A stretch of 24,000 nt of DNA, taken from NCBI RefSeq assembly GCF_016820655.1, contig NZ_WSFT01000037.1:1-24000 (forward strand). Direction: 5' to 3'. The translations under genes were made by a program, and so were the position numbers. The DNA is from Anaeromonas frigoriresistens (GTDB taxonomy: Bacteria > Bacillota > Clostridia > Tissierellales > SIT17). The notes below the pieces were generated by a model. That model was not told the origin of the DNA, did not search any database, and was given only the letters and a program-made list of their open reading frames with translations. The stretch's first letter is position 1. Every line of letters begins with the position of its first letter. Shown piece after piece: positions 8,428 to 15,742 of the stretch.

Positions 8428-8787
8428 TTATTTTTTTACTAAAGTACATGCATGCAATGCTAAGAATCCTTTTTCTGATTCTGGTATTTCTATATTTAGT
8501 TTTGTTTCAATTGCTTCATAAAATTCAGGTAGTTCACAATAAATTTCACTTTGTTTAACTTCTTCTAATGCCATTTCATTCATCTCTTCTATTTCTTCAC
8601 CTTTCTTTATCCTAGATAAAGCCATAGCTAAATGAGTCACTAACATAGAGGAATTTTCTTCGGTCATTTCTAAGGAATATTTGTTTTCGAATTTACTAAT
8701 AAATTCTAAAGTAGCCTCCTTTATATCTTGACTTATCTCGCCAGCTTCTTTTAATATATCCAGTCTTTGTTTCAGTAATTTATCCAT
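8428..8787 (-). CDS. YhfY-like stand-alone PRD-domain protein
   Basis: The track ORF starts at 8814, but GGAGGG sits 8 nt before the ATG at 8787 (MDKLLKQRLD...). It is a single PRD with both conserved His contexts (LVTHLAMALSRIKKGE and GFLALHACTL). No RNA-binding, DNA-binding or EII domain is present. Confidence 0.8.
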   Translation of the reverse strand: MDKLLKQRLDILKEAGEISQDIKEATLEFISKFENKYSLEMTEENSSMLVTHLAMALSRIKKGEEIEEMNEMALEEVKQSEIYCELPEFYEAIETKLNIEIPESEKGFLALHACTLVKK

Positions 8788-8809
8788 TTTTAAAACCCTC
8801 CACTCAATG

Positions 8810-8827
8810 TACATTTTTTTGTATATT
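8810..8827 (-). promoter_or_regulatory. Copy 1 of an 18-bp conserved motif (plus strand TACATTTTTTTGTATATT; gene strand AATATACAAAAAAATGTA), 23 nt upstream of the yhfY-like start
   Basis: Identical to 9804-9821. Contains the inverted repeat TACA-N8-TGTA (ATACA-N6-TGTAT in copy 2). Confidence 0.4.
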
Positions 8828-8840
8828 AATCTAAAAAAAA

Positions 8841-9779
8841 CTAATATATTGGTATTATTTCATTATTCATAACTTTTTTTTGAATTTTTTCTACTTCTTT
8901 TAAATCAATAAATCTATTTAATATATTTCCAAATTCTTTATTATTCTTACTTATTACAACCACTGCTATAGTATCTTCTTTAGCAAGTTCTCTTGTCTTC
9001 TTGCTTGATAAAGGACAAATATTATATTCTAGATTTTTTTCCTTTATCTCATCCACATTCCAAATAGCTGCATCAACTTCATCATTCTTCATTTTTTGTA
9101 GTATTTGATTATAAGGAGTTTCTACGTACTCCACTTCCTTATCTCTACATTCATTTGAAGTAAGTATTACTTGATCTATAGAATTAGTATCTATTGCTAT
9201 TCTCATGCCATCTTTAATATTACTTTCATTTTTATCTCTAAAAATCACAACATGATTTCCTACATAACTACCTTCGCCAAATTCATGTACTATTTCAATA
9301 TCAGAAGATTTTCTTATTTCTAATTTAGCTGCTAACTTTGAAATTATAGTAAAACTATATTTACCTAATGTTAATGCTTCTATTCTTTTTGAAGACCCTC
9401 TCATAAAAGCTAAACTGAAAGGTATATCTCTTTCCTCAAAACCTTTATAAAGACCAGTAGCTAACCCCTCATATCTTTTAGAATAAGGTAAAGGCATTAC
9501 CCCCATTATTACACTGAAATCCGAGACTTCCCATAGTTTTTTATAATTTATTCTAACTATATAAGTACCTAAATGGCCTCTAGATTCTAATTCTAACCCA
9601 TTAATTTCTTGTAGAAACTTAAGGGCTGATTGAACTGTACCTCTTGCTGTATTAAAAATTTCAGTATATTGACTTACTGTCTTTATTCTATCACCTTCAT
9701 AATAAGTCAACATTTCTCTAGCTAATAGTATAATTACTCTTCCATTTTTGGACATTAGTTTATTTTTATAATCATTCAT
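8841..9779 (-). CDS. YhfZ-like transcriptional regulator (N-terminal wHTH plus periplasmic-binding-protein-like effector domain)
   Basis: 312 aa. HTH region IKTVSQYTEIFNTARGTVQSALKFLQE, followed by a PBP type-2-like alpha/beta domain. It is the first gene of the cluster. GAGAGG lies 11 nt upstream of the ATG. Confidence 0.75.
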   Translation of the reverse strand: MNDYKNKLMSKNGRVIILLAREMLTYYEGDRIKTVSQYTEIFNTARGTVQSALKFLQEINGLELESRGHLGTYIVRINYKKLWEVSDFSVIMGVMPLPYSKRYEGLATGLYKGFEERDIPFSLAFMRGSSKRIEALTLGKYSFTIISKLAAKLEIRKSSDIEIVHEFGEGSYVGNHVVIFRDKNESNIKDGMRIAIDTNSIDQVILTSNECRDKEVEYVETPYNQILQKMKNDEVDAAIWNVDEIKEKNLEYNICPLSSKKTRELAKEDTIAVVVISKNNKEFGNILNRFIDLKEVEKIQKKVMNNEIIPIY

Positions 9780-9803
9780 ATTAAATTCAACCTCTCAGGA
9801 GAA

Positions 9804-9821
9804 TACATTTTTTTGTATATT
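9804..9821 (-). promoter_or_regulatory. Copy 2 of the 18-bp motif, 25 nt upstream of the yhfZ-like start and 8 nt downstream of the predicted -10
   Basis: 18/18 identical to 8810-8827. It overlaps the predicted transcription start, so it is a candidate operator or leader element. Confidence 0.4.
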
Positions 9822-9829
9822 GTAATTCC

Positions 9830-9857
9830 ATTATAACAGATTAAATATAAAATTCAA
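9830..9857 (-). promoter_or_regulatory. Sigma-A-type promoter of the yhf-like operon
   Basis: The minus strand reads TTGAAT-16 nt-TATAAT with TGT immediately upstream of the -10 (extended -10). On the plus strand, ATTCAA is at 9852-9857 and ATTATA at 9830-9835. Confidence 0.55.
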
Positions 9858-10083
9858 GGATATAATTATAATTTTCTTTCAATTTTTCTATACAGAAAAT
9901 ATTTCAAAAAAATTTAGTACTAATCAAATAAGGTTATATATGTAATAGAGTACCTAAAAGATTACTACATTTATATCTATGAAAGTATATAATCGTTAAA
10001 AAATTAGGTAGTATGTGATAAAATGTTTATGAAGACGAAATATTCGCATCTCGAAATATTATTATGCAAAAAGGATGTTTTAA

Positions 10084-11487
10084 ATGGTAAATTTGTCAGA
10101 TGATTTAACACCGAAAAAAATGAGAAAAAATATATTGAATTTAGCTTGGCCTGCAGCTCTAAGGATGTTTTTACAAAGTATTGTAGGTATAGTGGATATT
10201 ATGATGGTGGGAAGTATAGGGGCCCACGCTTTAGCCACTGCTGATGTTAGTAATAGGTTTGTTTTTGTTACTATAGGAATATTATCTGCTTTAACTATGG
10301 GCTCTACAGCTTTAGTCGCAAGGTATAAAGGAGCTAAAGACTCTATAAAAACTGATAATATAATAATTCAATCTCTACTAGCTGGTTTTATATTATCCAT
10401 AATTGTTGCAGTTTTAGGCTTTATTTTTGCTAAGGATATTCTAAATGGAATGATGATATTAATGGATGAAGTTGATCCTTTTATATTAACTGAAGGAAAT
10501 ATATATCTAAAAATAGTATTTACTTCTATGATTTTTGCTCTACCCACTTTGATGATTAATTCTATTCTTCAAGGATTAGGAGATATGAAAACTCCTTTAT
10601 ATATAATGGTACTAACAAATATAGTAAATGTCCTTGGAAATTACTTATTTATTTTTGGTATTGGATTTTTACCACAGCTTGGAGTTACGGGAGCTGCTCT
10701 AGGTACTGGCCTTGGAAGACTGGTTGGTTTCTTAGTAGCTATATATGTATTATCAAGTAAAAGAACTGTTATTAAGATACATTTCGATAAGGTAAAGTGG
10801 AAGCTTGATTGGGATATTATAAAAGAAATATTAAATATAGGAGTTCCTGCCTCAGTAGAACAATTAGTTAGACAAGGAAGTCAGATAATATATACTATTT
10901 TAGTTTCAGGGTTAGGAACTATAACTATAGCATCAAATGCTTTAGCAATGAATATTAATTCCTTACCAATGATGATAGGATTTGGCTTTGGATTAGCTGC
11001 TACTACTTTGGTAGGTCAAAGCTTAGGAGCAGGTAAAGAAGATTTAGCCACAGAATATGGGAAGCAGACTACTTATATAACTATGATAATAATGACAATA
11101 ATATCTATCCCAATGTTTATTTGGGTAGAGCCTATAATCAAACTATATACTACTAACCCTGAAGTTATATCCTTATCCAAACCGGTAGTAAGAATGGTAA
11201 TAACTATCCAACCTATATTTGCAATCTATATAGTTTTAGTGGGAGCATTAAGAGGTGCTGGTGATACTAGATTTACTATGTTTACTACTATGGTTGGTAA
11301 TTGGACCGGAAGATTACTTTCAAGTCTTTTCTTTGGATATGTTTTAGGATTAGGACTAATAGGTTTTTGGATAGGAATGATGATAGATATATCATCAAGA
11401 GCTTTAATAGTATTTTACCGATTCAAATCTAAGAAGTGGCAAAGAATATATGATAGAAAAGAAAATATAAGTAAAAAAGCAGCTTGA
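10084..11487 (+). CDS. MATE-family efflux transporter
   Basis: 467 aa with 12 hydrophobic spans. The typical MATE N-terminus (ILNLAWPAALRMFLQSIVGIVDIMMVG) is repeated in the second half (ILNIGVPASVEQLVRQG). Confidence 0.9.
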   Translation: MVNLSDDLTPKKMRKNILNLAWPAALRMFLQSIVGIVDIMMVGSIGAHALATADVSNRFVFVTIGILSALTMGSTALVARYKGAKDSIKTDNIIIQSLLAGFILSIIVAVLGFIFAKDILNGMMILMDEVDPFILTEGNIYLKIVFTSMIFALPTLMINSILQGLGDMKTPLYIMVLTNIVNVLGNYLFIFGIGFLPQLGVTGAALGTGLGRLVGFLVAIYVLSSKRTVIKIHFDKVKWKLDWDIIKEILNIGVPASVEQLVRQGSQIIYTILVSGLGTITIASNALAMNINSLPMMIGFGFGLAATTLVGQSLGAGKEDLATEYGKQTTYITMIIMTIISIPMFIWVEPIIKLYTTNPEVISLSKPVVRMVITIQPIFAIYIVLVGALRGAGDTRFTMFTTMVGNWTGRLLSSLFFGYVLGLGLIGFWIGMMIDISSRALIVFYRFKSKKWQRIYDRKENISKKAA

Positions 11488-11492
11488 AATAG

Positions 11493-11538
11493 ATAATACC
11501 TATACAAGAATTCTTGTATAGGTATTATTCTTTTTTTT
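11493..11538 (+). terminator. Rho-independent terminator of the MATE gene
   Basis: Perfect 18-bp palindromic arms ATAATACCTATACAAGAA|TTCTTGTATAGGTATTAT, followed by TC and T8. Confidence 0.8.
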
Positions 11539-11551
11539 ACCATATTAAAGC

Positions 11552-12502
11552 TTAAATTGAAAATTCAAAATCGTCTATTGAATATTCATCATCTTTATCT
11601 TCATTTTTATCTTCACTTTCTCTTTTGCAAGAATCAGATAATAGGGGTAAATCACAAGCTTTAGCTCTAGATGGGAAAAGTATCACTTGTTCATAATTAG
11701 TCGGATACAAATCTGCATCAAACTCTTCTGTTATTGGTTTATCAATAATGTTGTCATTTTCATCATATTGACTATTTAATACATCTACAATTATATTTCC
11801 AATTTGTCTACCTAGCCGTAATCCTTCTGAAAGATCAGCTGGAAAATGTACCCCACCATATAGTCTAGATAATGAATTTTCTTCTGCTAATTCTCTTAAC
11901 TTATTAGCTTCTGATGGAAAGAAATAGCTTAGTATAACTTCTGCTGTCCCAGAAATAACTGAATGTCCAGAAGGATAAGCTGGAAATTTAGGAGTACATA
12001 TCTCTGTAACTAATTCTTGATCTAGCTGGTTTGGTCGTGCTACATCCCAAAGATACTTATAGTACCAAGCAACTATAAAAGCATCATTTATACCAGCATG
12101 AACTGCTGCTAGTACTCTAGCTGCATATACAGGAGTAAGTCTGTAAGTATCTATTAGTCTATCAATTATGGGTGTCCACTGTTTAGTTGCAGGCCCATCT
12201 CCCCAATACTCTGCTATTACTTTCTCCTCCTGAGTCAGATTATCCAGGGTTTCTTTAACTATTAAAAGCTCTTTATTGAAGTTAAAATAGTCTGGATTCA
12301 ATATATCAAAATTAATAACTTTACCATCTAATGTTGTAAACTCTCCTTCTGTATTTCTATCCATAAAATACAATGGCCATGATCCAGCATTAGGATCTAG
12401 TCCCTGGGGAACTGTGTCTTCTCCTGCATATGGTAATTCAGACCATTTTCTTGACAAATTTATATCTGAACATTTTTTATTTTTATATGAGTCTATATTC
12501 AT
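11552..12502 (-). CDS. PAP2-superfamily / vanadium-haloperoxidase-like protein (acid-phosphatase-related), soluble, no signal peptide
   Basis: 316 aa. All three PAP2 motifs are present: KYLWDVARP (Kx6RP), PSGHS, and SRLYGGVHFPAD (SRx5Hx3D). I see no N-terminal hydrophobic segment. The C-terminal tail is acidic (ESEDKNEDKDDEYSIDDFEFSI). SD GGAGGG. Confidence 0.75.
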   Translation of the reverse strand: MNIDSYKNKKCSDINLSRKWSELPYAGEDTVPQGLDPNAGSWPLYFMDRNTEGEFTTLDGKVINFDILNPDYFNFNKELLIVKETLDNLTQEEKVIAEYWGDGPATKQWTPIIDRLIDTYRLTPVYAARVLAAVHAGINDAFIVAWYYKYLWDVARPNQLDQELVTEICTPKFPAYPSGHSVISGTAEVILSYFFPSEANKLRELAEENSLSRLYGGVHFPADLSEGLRLGRQIGNIIVDVLNSQYDENDNIIDKPITEEFDADLYPTNYEQVILFPSRAKACDLPLLSDSCKRESEDKNEDKDDEYSIDDFEFSI

Positions 12503-12665
12503 AGTAACCCTCCAACATATGACTTTTCTTAGTTCAATATATGTTAGAAAATATTTCTATGATACTAATGGTGTGTTAAATTCAGAATATTTTTTTAATT
12601 TTTAGATATATATCATATATTATGATAAAATAGACTATAATATTAAAGGTGGGAGGGTTGTACTT

Positions 12666-14675
12666 ATGGTGAAATCAAGTAAAAACTTAACTTTATTATT
12701 TTACTTTTTGATATCTTTTATATATATAGAAATCATTTTTAGAAATTTTACTATCGGTGATATTTGGACTTTTGGACTTATATATTCTTTTATTTTTATG
12801 AGTACCATCGGAATTATTTTCTTTATTATATGTAGTTATTTTAATGGAGGAGTACAAAAAATCATAGGAGTTTTATTGTTAACATCTATTGCGTTCATAT
12901 ACTCTTCCCAACTAATCTACTATAAAATATTTAAAACTTTTTATAGCTTATATTCTGCCAGTAATGCTTCTCAAGTTCTAGAGTTTTCTAAAGATATATG
13001 GTCAATAACTCAAAATAACTTAATTTTAATCTTCCTATTATTTATTCCATCTATCATGTTAATTATCTTTGGAAATAAAATAATACCTCTTAAAAAAGTC
13101 AAATGGTACTATAAAACTGCACTAGTAGGATGTATTATTATATCTCATATTATAGGTATTGTTACTTTGTTTTTCAGTGATAAAGATCAATACTCTGCTT
13201 ATGATTTATATTTTGATAGTACTTCTATGAATCTATCTGTAAGTAAATTAGGATTAATAACTACAATGAGACTAGATTTACAAAGACAGTTAACTGGATG
13301 GTCTCCAGAGTTAAAGACAGACAATATTGATATTGCAGAGTATTCAAAGTATAAAGCTAGTAAAAATATTTTAAAAAAAGAGCCTACAGAACAAACAAAA
13401 GTAGAGTACAACACTATGGATATTGACTTTGATGGATTGATATCTACGGAAAGTAATAAATCCATCAAAGAAATGCATGAATACTTTAATTCCATACCTC
13501 CTACACCCAAGAATGAATACACTGGGAAGTTTAAAGGATATAACCTTATATTCATAACTGCCGAGAGCTTTTCTCCCTATGCAGTTCATGAAGATTTAAC
13601 CCCCACTCTCTATAAGTTAGTAAATGAAGGTTATAATTTTACAAACTTTTATAACCCTATCTGGGGTGTAAGTACAACGGATGGTGAATATGTAGCCTGC
13701 ACTGGATTAATTCCTAAAGATGGAGTATGGAGTTTTCTTAAATCTAGTGATAATCATCTTCCTTTTGTTATGGGAAATCAATTGAAAAATTTAGGATATA
13801 AAACAGTAGCATATCATAATCATAGTTATAAATATTATGATAGACATTTATCCCATCCTAATATGGGCTATGAATATAAGGGAATAGGAAATGGTCTTAA
13901 AGTAAAAAAAACTTGGCCTGAATCTGATATAGAAATGATGGAGAAAAGCATCCCTGAATATATAGATAACGAGCCTTTCCACGCCTATTATATGACTGTA
14001 AGTGGTCATATGCAATATAACTTCTTTGGAAACTATATTGCCTTAAAGAATAAAAAATTAGTAGATCACCTGCCCTACTCTACTGAGGCAAAAGCTTATA
14101 TATCTACTCAGATTGAATTAGATAAGTCATTGGAGTACCTCCTGGATAAACTAGAAGAAAAGGGTGTGGCTGATAAGACACTTATAGTATTAAGCTCCGA
14201 TCATTATCCTTATGGACTAAACAAAGAAACAATAGATGAATTAGCCGGTCATCCAGTCGAGGAAAATTTTGAAATATATAAAAGTCCACTCATTATTTAT
14301 GCTAAAGGTATGGAGCAGGTTACTATTGATAAGCCTTCTTCAAGCTTAGATATAATCCCTACTGTTTCTAATTTACTAGGATTGGAGTATGACTCAAGAC
14401 TCCTTATGGGTAGGGATATATTCTCTGATTTTGATCCTTTAGTTATCTTTCAGAATAAAAGTTATATAACTAATAGAGGTAAGTATAACTCAATTACTAA
14501 AGAGTTTATTCCTAATAAAGATGAGGTAATAGAAAATGAATATATAAATATGTTTTCATATATTGTCAATAGTAAATTCTACTATTCTGCAAAGATTCTT
14601 GAAACAGATTATTATAATAAAATATTAGATGAATATAAGAAAAAAATAGCTCAAAATTCAACAGGAGAAGAATAG
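12666..14675 (+). CDS. LTA-synthase (LtaS)/sulfatase-family membrane enzyme (polyglycerolphosphate or phosphoglycerol transferase-like)
   Basis: 669 aa. The N-terminal ~200 aa carries about 5 TM helices, followed by an alkaline-phosphatase-superfamily domain (LIFITAESFSPY, nucleophile region GVSTTDGEY, LSSDHYPYG). SD GGTGGGAGGG. Confidence 0.85.
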   Translation: MVKSSKNLTLLFYFLISFIYIEIIFRNFTIGDIWTFGLIYSFIFMSTIGIIFFIICSYFNGGVQKIIGVLLLTSIAFIYSSQLIYYKIFKTFYSLYSASNASQVLEFSKDIWSITQNNLILIFLLFIPSIMLIIFGNKIIPLKKVKWYYKTALVGCIIISHIIGIVTLFFSDKDQYSAYDLYFDSTSMNLSVSKLGLITTMRLDLQRQLTGWSPELKTDNIDIAEYSKYKASKNILKKEPTEQTKVEYNTMDIDFDGLISTESNKSIKEMHEYFNSIPPTPKNEYTGKFKGYNLIFITAESFSPYAVHEDLTPTLYKLVNEGYNFTNFYNPIWGVSTTDGEYVACTGLIPKDGVWSFLKSSDNHLPFVMGNQLKNLGYKTVAYHNHSYKYYDRHLSHPNMGYEYKGIGNGLKVKKTWPESDIEMMEKSIPEYIDNEPFHAYYMTVSGHMQYNFFGNYIALKNKKLVDHLPYSTEAKAYISTQIELDKSLEYLLDKLEEKGVADKTLIVLSSDHYPYGLNKETIDELAGHPVEENFEIYKSPLIIYAKGMEQVTIDKPSSSLDIIPTVSNLLGLEYDSRLLMGRDIFSDFDPLVIFQNKSYITNRGKYNSITKEFIPNKDEVIENEYINMFSYIVNSKFYYSAKILETDYYNKILDEYKKKIAQNSTGEE

Positions 14676-14700
14676 AATTCCTCTCCTTATTATTTTTCTT
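14663..14700. terminator. Probable bidirectional terminator between convergent genes
   Basis: AGGAGAAGAAT-AGA-ATTCCTCTCCT (6 bp + 1 mismatch + 4 bp stem), followed by TATTATTTTTCTT on the plus strand. The loop contains the LtaS-like stop codon. Confidence 0.55.
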
Positions 14701-14947
14701 TCCAATACTTAGAGCCATCCCTTTTTCTGGACAATAGTTTATAATCAATCATTCCTCTTCTTATCATGAAATAATCTCCATAAGTATGCCATTTATCAAT
14801 GATATCATTTACTTCTTTTTCACTATATTCTTTACCTTCTTCAAATTTATCAGCTATGTATTTTACTACTTCTATTTTTAATAAATGTTTTGAAGGCCAA
14901 CTTTTGACTCTTCCCTTTTCATCTAAGAAGTTTTCAAATTTAGACAT
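14690..14947 (-). CDS. DUF2087 domain protein (small)
   Basis: The track ORF extends to 15019 and overlaps the upstream gene. AAAGGTAGGGGAG precedes the ATG at 14947 (MSKFENFLDEKGRVKSWPSK...). The C-terminus YFMIRRGMIDYKLLSRKRDGSKYWK is the DUF2087 signature. It is paralogous to the C-terminus of the upstream gene. Confidence 0.7.
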   Translation of the reverse strand: MSKFENFLDEKGRVKSWPSKHLLKIEVVKYIADKFEEGKEYSEKEVNDIIDKWHTYGDYFMIRRGMIDYKLLSRKRDGSKYWKEK

Positions 14948-14957
14948 TTTATCTCCC

Positions 14958-15722
14958 CTACCTTTCTTTAATCCAATAGCTACTACAATCTTTAGTTCTA
15001 TCAAAAAATCCATATTCAATTAAATATCGTCTTATAGTAGCTATATCAGGATAAATTAATTTTAATATATTGTTTAATTCTTTTTCTGTGTACTTTTTTT
15101 CTTGATCAAATATTGATGCAATCTCTCTTAAAACAGAAATTTTTCTTTTCTCCTTTGATGGAAAGGATTTTAATATTAATGGATCTTGTGATTCAAAATA
15201 TGTGTTTATTACCTTCTTATGTTCATTATTAGTTATAATGTATCGTTCATCTAACATTTTTGCTCCTCCATGAGGTTTAACTAATCTCTCCTTTGAATCT
15301 TGATTAGTTAATAACTCCACCGACTCAAAAATTGCCAGATATAATTTTGCCTGTTTAGCCTTTTCTCTAAGTATGAATCTTTGATGTCTAACTGTGGAAG
15401 GGGCTATTCCATTCTTCTTAGCAATTTCCTTGTCCGATAGCCCTTTAGATATATCTTTTAATAAACTACTTTGTTTTTCAGTTATGCCAGTATATTTTTT
15501 ATCATAACTTAGTAAATTTTCTAATACTCCTCCATGTACTACCTTATTGTGCTCTTTTATTGCTTTATATGCTTCATATAAACGGTTTTCTATTTCATAA
15601 ATTCGTCCAATCTCAAAGATATCCCCACATTGTAAACATTTATAATGTTCTTCTTTGGAATTAAACTTGTAACCATTTTTTATTTCATTTAACTCCGAAT
15701 CAAAAATTTGGTTATCCATCAT
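14958..15722 (-). CDS. Transcriptional regulator: Cys-containing N-terminal region, LuxR/GerE-like HTH and C-terminal DUF2087 domain
   Basis: 254 aa. HTH LSDKEIAKKNGIAPSTVRHQRFILREKA. C-terminal KISVLREIASIF..YTEKELNNILKLIYPDIATIRRYLIEYGFFDRTKDCSSYWIK parallels the downstream small protein. GGAGGG lies 2 nt before the first ATG and 5 nt before the second (15719). Confidence 0.7.
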   Translation of the reverse strand: MMDNQIFDSELNEIKNGYKFNSKEEHYKCLQCGDIFEIGRIYEIENRLYEAYKAIKEHNKVVHGGVLENLLSYDKKYTGITEKQSSLLKDISKGLSDKEIAKKNGIAPSTVRHQRFILREKAKQAKLYLAIFESVELLTNQDSKERLVKPHGGAKMLDERYIITNNEHKKVINTYFESQDPLILKSFPSKEKRKISVLREIASIFDQEKKYTEKELNNILKLIYPDIATIRRYLIEYGFFDRTKDCSSYWIKER

Positions 15723-15742
15723 AACCCTCCTTCAGTTTGCTT

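Noticed and set aside
8871-8881. A/T homopolymer run (8 nt) inside the yhfZ-like 3' coding region, and the T8 run just after its stop; considered as slipped-strand phase-variation tracts
   Set aside because: Runs of this length are common in genomes this AT-rich. The coding run encodes ordinary Lys codons (QKKV), and there is no evidence of a frameshifted alternative product.
10023-10103. 26-codon upstream ORF (MFMKTKYSHLEILLCKKDVLNGKFVR) overlapping the MATE start codon out of frame; considered as a leader peptide for translational attenuation
   Set aside because: It has no convincing SD. The best -10-like hexamer (TAAAAT, 10019-10024) overlaps its ATG, so it may not even be transcribed from that promoter. 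Such short ORFs arise easily by chance in AT-rich DNA.
12414-12605. 63-aa plus-strand ORF spanning the PAP2-like gene start and the intergenic region
   Set aside because: It starts antisense inside the PAP2-like gene, has no SD, and would run through the divergent promoter region. It is most likely spurious.
13199-13589. Two minus-strand ORFs (118 aa, 72 aa) inside the LtaS-like gene
   Set aside because: They are antisense to a gene with clear LtaS/sulfatase motifs. They overlap each other in different frames and have no SD.
14566-15023. ORFs 14566-14748 (-) and 14799-15023 (+), and the N-terminal extension of the 109-aa ORF (14948-15019)
   Set aside because: They overlap better-supported genes. 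The 109-aa ORF's first 24 codons overlap the upstream regulator's 3' end, whereas a strong SD (AAAGGTAGGGGAG) precedes the internal ATG at 14947.
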